Below the pieces are notes generated by a model. That model was not told the DNA's origin and searched no databases. It saw only the letters and a list, made by a program, of their open reading frames with translations. The translations under genes and the position numbers were made by a program. Positions 57,768 through 64,000 of a DNA stretch of 64,000 nucleotides are shown here, one piece after another. Numbering within the stretch: the stretch's first letter is position 1; the number at the start of each line of letters is the position of its first letter. This stretch comes from Escherichia coli (GTDB lineage: Bacteria > Pseudomonadota > Gammaproteobacteria > Enterobacterales > Enterobacteriaceae), in the NCBI RefSeq assembly GCF_003018235.1, contig NZ_CP027437.1. One strand, written 5' to 3'.

Positions 57768-58157
57768 TTACTGCTCATACAGTTCCAACGGCAGCCCGTC
57801 CGGATCGTTAAAGAACGTGAAGCGTTTTTGCGTGTATGGATCGACACGGATGGCTTCACACTTCACGTTATGGCTTTCAAGGTGCGCCACTGCCGCATCG
57901 ATATCATCAACGCTAAAAGCCAGATGACGCAGGCCGCAAGCTTCCGGTCGGCTGGGGCGCTCCGGCGGGAACGGAAATGAGAAAAGCTCAATCACATATT
58001 GCCCATTAAGCGCCAAATCCCCTTTCCACGAGTCGCGCGCTTCGCGATAGACTTCGCTTTGCAGCGTGAAACCAAGAATATCGCAGTAGAAAGCTTTGCT
58101 CACCGCATAATCCGTCGCAATAATCGCAATATGGTGAACCTGTTTTAAACCCAGCAT
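57768..58157 (-). CDS. yaeR: YaeR (glyoxalase/VOC-family protein)
   Basis: Start set at MLGLKQVHHIAII (129 aa); VOC fold. Confidence 0.85.
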   Translation of the reverse strand: MLGLKQVHHIAIIATDYAVSKAFYCDILGFTLQSEVYREARDSWKGDLALNGQYVIELFSFPFPPERPSRPEACGLRHLAFSVDDIDAAVAHLESHNVKCEAIRVDPYTQKRFTFFNDPDGLPLELYEQ

Positions 58158-58213
58158 AACGTCTCCTTTATTTGTTAACAGCACGTTACTCGCCCGGAAG
58201 CCGCTCTGGCAAA

Positions 58214-60355
58214 TTATCCCGCCATTTTTAGGACTCGTACGCGGTAAACGCCGTCTTCGTCCTGTTTCGCGCCGTGAATATCCGTTTCAAAACCGGGGTA
58301 ATGTTGCCCTACGGAACAAAGCATCAGTAGAAAATCGAGTACTGTGCGGCTCTCTTTGGTCAGCATTTCTCCAGGCATCAACAGCGGTACGCCCGGTGGA
58401 TAAGGCAGGATCATATTTGCCGATACTCTACCGACCAGTTGTTCCAGCGCAATGGTTTCTACTTCACCTTTAATCTGTCTCTGCCATGCCTGATGTGGCG
58501 TCATGATCATTTCCGGCAAGGTATCAAATGCCCGCAACATCAAACCGGGAAGATCGTGTTTACGAATCAGCTTATGGATCCCTTGCGCCAGATCCTGAAT
58601 ACGCATATTGCGGTAGAAATCAGGATCTTCTGCATAGAGATCGGGCAGCATATTTTTGATCCGCAGGTTGAGATCGTAAGAGCGCTTAAATTCCGTCAAC
58701 CCACGCAATAATCCCATTGCTTTGGTTTTATCGATGCCAATACTAAAGAGAAACAGCAGGTTATAAGGGCCGGTTTTCTCTACAACGATCCCACGTTCGT
58801 CGAGGAATTTTGCCACCAGCGCCGCCGGGATCCCCTCATCGCTCATATTGCCCTGCTCGTCCATCCCCGGTGTCAAAATAGTGACTTTAACCGGATCGAG
58901 AAACATATGATCGGCATCCGCATCGTTAAAGCCGTGCCACTGTTCGCCAGGCGCAACGGGCCAGCATTCGGCTTCATCCACCTGCGGCGGTTGCCAGATA
59001 TCGAAAAACCAGCCGTCAGACTCTTCCCGCAGCCGCTGGACCTCTTTGCGAAAATGCAGCGCCCGCTCCACCGAACGGTTAATCAGCCGTTTGCCCGGAT
59101 TACCACGCAGCATCGCCGCCGCCGTCTCAACCGAAGCAACAATGGGATAACTGGGCGAGGTGGTGGTATGCATCATAAAGGCTTCGTTAAACGCCTCTTC
59201 GTCATACTCGCCTTTAATGTGGATCAGCGAAGCCTGCGATAACGCCGCCAGCATTTTGTGGGTCGATTGCGTTTCGAAGATCACTTTTCCCGCAACACGC
59301 TCACCGCTCATGCCACTTTTACCCTGGTAGATCGGATGAAAATGGGTGTACGGCACCCAGGCAGAATCGAAGTGAATCGACGGGACATCCAGCGTCTGTT
59401 TGATCCAGTCGGTGTTGTAGAGCAAGCCATCATAGGTGGAGTTGGTAATCACCGCATGAACCGGCCATTGTGCTTGCGTGGTAGCAGCGACTTTCTCTGC
59501 GATGCTGTCGCGAGTAAATTCACGGCGCGGGATCCCACCCAGAATCCCCAACGCATTACGCGTCGGTTTCAGCCAGACTGGCACTACATCGTTCATCATC
59601 AACAGATGCGCCAGCGATTTATGACAATTGCGGTCGATCAACAGCGTACTGCCGGATGGCGCGGCGTACATACCCACAATTTTGTTCGACGTCGATGTTC
59701 CGTTGGTAACGATATAACTCTGTTCCGCGCCAAAAGTCCGCGCGATGTACTCTTCCGCTTCCAGGTGTGGCCCGGTGTGGTCGAGCAACGAACCAAGCTC
59801 GGTAACCGAAATAGAGACATCAGCCTTAAGAGTATTCCCGCCGAAAAAATCATAAAACAGACAGCCAACCGGGCTTTTTTGATATGCGGTGCCGCCCATA
59901 TGACCCGGCGTACAAAAGGTGTACTTCCGCTCTTTGACGTAGGTAAACAAGGCTTTCGTGAACGGCGGTGTAATGTTATCAAGATATTCGTCGGTGTACT
60001 GACGCATACGAATGGCGATATCTTCCGCCTGCCCCAGCGCATATTCAAAAAACCAGAGCGCCATCCGCATATCCTGCACGCTGACATCCATCGTCGAGTG
60101 GGTGTTGATGAAGGTATAAAGCGGGAGATATTCATTAAGTTGATTGATATCGCTACATAAATCGAGACTGTACTCATCCCAGTCAAAAATCACGCCGCAA
60201 ATTCGAGGGTTATGTTCGATAAATTTCAGCAAATCAACGCTGTTTTGTGGCCAGATAATCTGAAAGCCTTGCGCCACCAGCGCCGACTCCAGTTCTTTGA
60301 TGGGCTCATCTTTATAAAAGACGCCATGCGGTCCCATAATGGCAATGATGTTCAT
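58214..60355 (-). CDS. ldcC: Constitutive lysine decarboxylase
   Basis: 713 aa; PLP-dependent fold-III decarboxylase (ST*HK motif STHKMLAA); conserved position beside accA. Confidence 0.95.
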   Translation of the reverse strand: MNIIAIMGPHGVFYKDEPIKELESALVAQGFQIIWPQNSVDLLKFIEHNPRICGVIFDWDEYSLDLCSDINQLNEYLPLYTFINTHSTMDVSVQDMRMALWFFEYALGQAEDIAIRMRQYTDEYLDNITPPFTKALFTYVKERKYTFCTPGHMGGTAYQKSPVGCLFYDFFGGNTLKADVSISVTELGSLLDHTGPHLEAEEYIARTFGAEQSYIVTNGTSTSNKIVGMYAAPSGSTLLIDRNCHKSLAHLLMMNDVVPVWLKPTRNALGILGGIPRREFTRDSIAEKVAATTQAQWPVHAVITNSTYDGLLYNTDWIKQTLDVPSIHFDSAWVPYTHFHPIYQGKSGMSGERVAGKVIFETQSTHKMLAALSQASLIHIKGEYDEEAFNEAFMMHTTTSPSYPIVASVETAAAMLRGNPGKRLINRSVERALHFRKEVQRLREESDGWFFDIWQPPQVDEAECWPVAPGEQWHGFNDADADHMFLDPVKVTILTPGMDEQGNMSDEGIPAALVAKFLDERGIVVEKTGPYNLLFLFSIGIDKTKAMGLLRGLTEFKRSYDLNLRIKNMLPDLYAEDPDFYRNMRIQDLAQGIHKLIRKHDLPGLMLRAFDTLPEMIMTPHQAWQRQIKGEVETIALEQLVGRVSANMILPYPPGVPLLMPGEMLTKESRTVLDFLLMLCSVGQHYPGFETDIHGAKQDEDGVYRVRVLKMAG

Positions 60356-60453
60356 GTGTTCCTCCTGGAAAATCCTTCCTTAATCATAGCCTGCTCAAAC
60401 CGTGGCGATAAAAAAGGGCCACCGAAGTGACCCTTTTTCAGAACTTTTGCGAA

Positions 60454-61413
60454 TTATGCGTAACCGTAGCTCATCAGGCGCTGATAACGACGATTTTTTA
60501 AATCTTCAGTGCTTAACACGTCGAGATCGGCCAGATCCGCCAGCAGTTGCGCTTTCAACGATGCAGCCATCGCTTCCGGGTTACGATGAGCGCCGCCCAG
60601 CGGTTCCGGGATGATGGAGTCGATCAGTTTCAGCTCTTTCAGACGCGGAGCGATGATACCCATCGCTTCAGCCGCCAGCGGCGCTTTGTCGGCGCTCTTC
60701 CACAGAATGGACGCACAACCTTCCGGCGAGATAACGGAATAGGTGCTGTATTGCAGCATATTCACTTTATCGCCCACGCCAATCGCCAGCGCACCGCCAG
60801 AACCACCTTCACCGATAACCGTACAAACTACCGGTACGCCGAGGCGAGACATTTCACGCAGGTTGCGTGCAATGGCTTCAGACTGACCGCGCTCTTCTGC
60901 GCCCACGCCAGGATAAGCCCCCGGGGTGTCGATAAAGGTGATGATAGGCATCTTAAAGCGTTCAGCCATTTGCATCAGACGCAGTGCTTTACGGTAACCT
61001 TCTGGCGCTGGCATACCAAAGTTACGGCGAATTTTTTCTTTGGTTTCACGACCTTTTTGATGACCAATGATCATCACCGGACGACCATCGAGACGGGCGA
61101 TACCACCGACGATAGCTTTATCGTCTGCATACGCGCGGTCGCCAGCCAGTTCGTCAAATTCATCAAATGCCAGGCGAACGTAATCCAGGGTATAAGGACG
61201 CTGTGGATGGCGTGCCAGTTGCGCAATCTGCCATGCACCGAGATCGGCGAAGATTTTACGCGTCAGTTCTACGCTTTTTTCACGCAGACGATGCACTTCT
61301 TCATCGATGTTAATATCCAGTTTCTCATCCTGACGGCTAACCGCAGTCAGAGAATCGATTTTCGCTTCCAGCTCTGCAATCGGCTGTTCAAAATCAAGGA
61401 AATTCAGACTCAT
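60454..61413 (-). CDS. accA: Acetyl-CoA carboxylase carboxyltransferase alpha subunit
   Basis: 319 aa; [22 protein letters not shown]... Confidence 0.96.
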   Translation of the reverse strand: MSLNFLDFEQPIAELEAKIDSLTAVSRQDEKLDINIDEEVHRLREKSVELTRKIFADLGAWQIAQLARHPQRPYTLDYVRLAFDEFDELAGDRAYADDKAIVGGIARLDGRPVMIIGHQKGRETKEKIRRNFGMPAPEGYRKALRLMQMAERFKMPIITFIDTPGAYPGVGAEERGQSEAIARNLREMSRLGVPVVCTVIGEGGSGGALAIGVGDKVNMLQYSTYSVISPEGCASILWKSADKAPLAAEAMGIIAPRLKELKLIDSIIPEPLGGAHRNPEAMAASLKAQLLADLADLDVLSTEDLKNRRYQRLMSYGYA

Positions 61414-61425
61414 AGTATTCCTGTA

Positions 61426-64000
61426 TTAGTCAAACTCCAGTTCCACCTGCTCCGAACCAATGAGGCCACGGAGATCGTTTAATAAACGATCGCTCGGAGA
61501 GACACGCCACGTCGCGCCAAAACGCAACCGCGCGCGTGCATCCGCCCTCTGATAGTAGAGATGTACTGGAATTGTCCCAGAGCGGTGGGGTTCCAGAGAC
61601 TGACGGAGTCGGTTTAAAAGCTGGTCATCAATTTGCCTGTCCGTCAGCGAGATAGCAAGCCCGCGAGCATATTTTTCCCGGGCTTCGTCAATATCCATCA
61701 CTTCGCGAGCGGTCATTTTAAGCCCACCGCTGAAGTCATCAAAGCTGACCTGTCCGCTGACGATAAGTATGCGGTCTTTTTCCAGCAATTGCTGGTATTT
61801 ATCCAGGGCGTCAGTAAACAACATCACTTCCAGCCGCCCGGAACGGTCATCCAGCGTGCAGAGACCGATACGATTGCCGCGCTTGGTGACCATAACCCGC
61901 GCGGCAACAACGAGCCCCGCAGCCGTGATGACTTTACCACGTTCTGTCGGGTGCATGTCTTTCAGCCTTACGCCTCCGACATAACGCTCAATCTCTTTTA
62001 AATACTGATTGATAGGGTGTCCCGTCAGGTACAGACCTAACGTTTCACGTTCCCCATCTAATACCACCTGCTCCGGCCACGGTTGGCAGCTGGCGTAGGA
62101 TTGTTCAATTTGTTCCGGCTCTTCGGCCAGCACACCGAACATATCGGCCTGACCGATAGCTTCCGCTTTCGCGTGTTGATCTGCCGCTTTTAACGCATCG
62201 CCCAGCGAGTTCATCAGCGCCGCGCGGTGTGGCCCAAGACGGTCAAACGCCCCGGACATGATCAGTTTTTCCAGCACCCGCCGGTTTAACTTTTTGGTGT
62301 CGGTACGGGCGCAGAGATCAAACAGTTCGCGGAAGTAGCCGCCTTTATTACGGGCTTCGATGATCGCCTCAATCGGACCTTCACCGACCCCTTTGATCGC
62401 GCCAATACCATACACGATTTCGCCGTCGTCGTTGACGTGGAAATGGTAAAGACCGGAGTTTATATCCGGCGGCAGGATTTTCAGCCCCATCCGCCAGCAC
62501 TCATCCACCAGGCCCACCACCTTCTCGGTATTGTCCATATCGGCGGTCATTACCGCCGCCATAAACTCCGCCGGATAGTGCGCTTTCAGCCATAACGTTT
62601 GATATGACACCAAAGCATAGGCCGCAGAGTGCGATTTGTTAAATCCGTAACCAGCGAATTTCTCCACCAGGTCGAAGATTTTCATCGCCAGTTCGGCGTT
62701 GATTCCGTTCTTTTCTGCACCTTCAGCAAATACAGAACGCTGCTTAGCCATCTCTTCCGGCTTTTTCTTACCCATCGCACGACGCAGCATATCCGCGCCA
62801 CCGAGGGTATAACCAGAAAGCACCTGGGCAATCTGCATGACCTGTTCCTGATACAGGATGATGCCGTAGGTTGGCTCCAGTACCGGTTTCAGGCTTTCAT
62901 GCTGCCACTGCACGTCCGGATAGGAGATCTCTTCGCGACCATGTTTACGGTCGATAAAGTTATCCACCATCCCTGATTGCAACGGGCCGGGGCGGAACAG
63001 TGCCACAAGTGCGATCATATCTTCGAAGCAGTCAGGTTGCAGACGCTTGATCAGGTCCTTCATGCCGCGCGATTCAAGCTGGAATACCGCCGTGGTTTCC
63101 GAGCGTTGCAGCATGTCGAAGCTTTTCTTGTCATCCAGCGGGATCGCGGCGATATCCAGCGGCGGCTCGCCATTCTTCGCCCGCCGCTTGTTGATCATCT
63201 CCAGCGCCCAGTTGATGATGGTGAGCGTACGCAAACCGAGGAAGTCGAACTTCACCAGCCCGGCGTATTCAACGTCGCTTTTATCAAACTGGGTGACCGG
63301 ATGTTTGCCCTCTTCATCGCAGTAAAGCGGCGCAAAATCGGTAATTTTGGTCGGTGCGATAACCACCCCACCGGCGTGCTTACCGGCGTTACGGGTGACC
63401 CCTTCCAGTTTGCGCGCCATGTCGATCAGCGCCTTAACTTCTTCATCCGCTTCGTAGATTTCCGGCAGCTGCGGCTCGGCTTCAAACGCTTTTGCCAGCG
63501 TCATCCCCGGATCGGGCGGGATCAGTTTCGAGATACGGTCGACAAAGCCGTACGGATGCCCCAGCACGCGGCCTACGTCGCGGATCACCGCTTTCGCCGC
63601 CATCGTACCGAAGGTGATAATCTGCGATACCGCATCACGACCGTACATGTCCGCTACGTGCTCGATAACCTGGTCGCGTTTCTCCATACAGAAGTCAACG
63701 TCGAAGTCAGGCATGGAGACACGTTCCGGGTTAAGGAAACGTTCGAACAGCAGGTCAAATTCCAGCGGATCGAGGTCGGTGATTTTCAGCGCGTAGGCCA
63801 CCAGTGAACCCGCACCGGAGCCACGGCCTGGCCCTACCGGTACGCCGTTATCTTTCGACCACTGGATAAATTCCATAACGATGAGGAAGTAACCCGGGAA
63901 GCCCATCTGGTTGATAACCTGAAGTTCAGTCTCCAGACGCTCGTCATATTCTGGGCGGCGCTTCAGACGTTCTTCCTCGTCAGGGAATAAAAAGGCCAGA
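61426..64000 (-). CDS. dnaE: DNA polymerase III alpha subunit (C-terminal about 858 codons; 5' end beyond window)
   Basis: Open frame runs to the window end; C-terminus ...[12 protein letters not shown]; conserved dnaE-accA adjacency. Confidence 0.95.
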   Translation of the reverse strand, partial: LAFLFPDEEERLKRRPEYDERLETELQVINQMGFPGYFLIVMEFIQWSKDNGVPVGPGRGSGAGSLVAYALKITDLDPLEFDLLFERFLNPERVSMPDFDVDFCMEKRDQVIEHVADMYGRDAVSQIITFGTMAAKAVIRDVGRVLGHPYGFVDRISKLIPPDPGMTLAKAFEAEPQLPEIYEADEEVKALIDMARKLEGVTRNAGKHAGGVVIAPTKITDFAPLYCDEEGKHPVTQFDKSDVEYAGLVKFDFLGLRTLTIINWALEMINKRRAKNGEPPLDIAAIPLDDKKSFDMLQRSETTAVFQLESRGMKDLIKRLQPDCFEDMIALVALFRPGPLQSGMVDNFIDRKHGREEISYPDVQWQHESLKPVLEPTYGIILYQEQVMQIAQVLSGYTLGGADMLRRAMGKKKPEEMAKQRSVFAEGAEKNGINAELAMKIFDLVEKFAGYGFNKSHSAAYALVSYQTLWLKAHYPAEFMAAVMTADMDNTEKVVGLVDECWRMGLKILPPDINSGLYHFHVNDDGEIVYGIGAIKGVGEGPIEAIIEARNKGGYFRELFDLCARTDTKKLNRRVLEKLIMSGAFDRLGPHRAALMNSLGDALKAADQHAKAEAIGQADMFGVLAEEPEQIEQSYASCQPWPEQVVLDGERETLGLYLTGHPINQYLKEIERYVGGVRLKDMHPTERGKVITAAGLVVAARVMVTKRGNRIGLCTLDDRSGRLEVMLFTDALDKYQQLLEKDRILIVSGQVSFDDFSGGLKMTAREVMDIDEAREKYARGLAISLTDRQIDDQLLNRLRQSLEPHRSGTIPVHLYYQRADARARLRFGATWRVSPSDRLLNDLRGLIGSEQVELEFD

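Noticed and set aside
59258-60160. 300-aa plus-strand ORF
   Set aside because: Antisense to ldcC, whose frame is complete and conserved.
62977-63807. 276-aa plus-strand ORF
   Set aside because: Antisense to dnaE.

Overview
Escherichia coli chromosomal segment: the conserved dnaE-accA-ldcC-yaeR-tilS-rof-yaeP-yaeQ-arfB-nlpE-yaeF-proS-tsaA-rcsF-metQIN-gmhB-rrnH-aspU-dkgB-yafCDE-mltD-gloB-yafS-rnhA-dnaQ-aspV block (about 32.8-64 kb, inverted relative to the usual K-12 map direction), joined at the 3' side of tRNA-Asp (aspV) to a roughly 32 kb type VI secretion system (T6SS) island (1-32.7 kb). The island carries a complete-looking set of core genes (tssA, B, C, E, F, G, J, K, L, M, hcp, vgrG, tagF, tagJ) in two divergent operons, plus several AT-rich effector/immunity-like cassettes embedded in GC-rich core genes: Tae4/Tai4, a Tlde1-like pair, an M15/LAS-type zinc peptidase pair, a stand-alone HExxH protein pair, a VgrG with a C-terminal HExxH domain, and an EagR-chaperoned PAAR-Rhs toxin with immunity gene followed by an orphan rhs fragment. 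Most notable: clpV appears to carry an in-frame internal deletion removing the second ATPase domain, the two HExxH candidate toxin modules have no family I can name from sequence, and dkgB is split by a 1-bp frameshift. All calls are from reading the sequence and translations; no database searches were run. The island's distal boundary lies outside the window.
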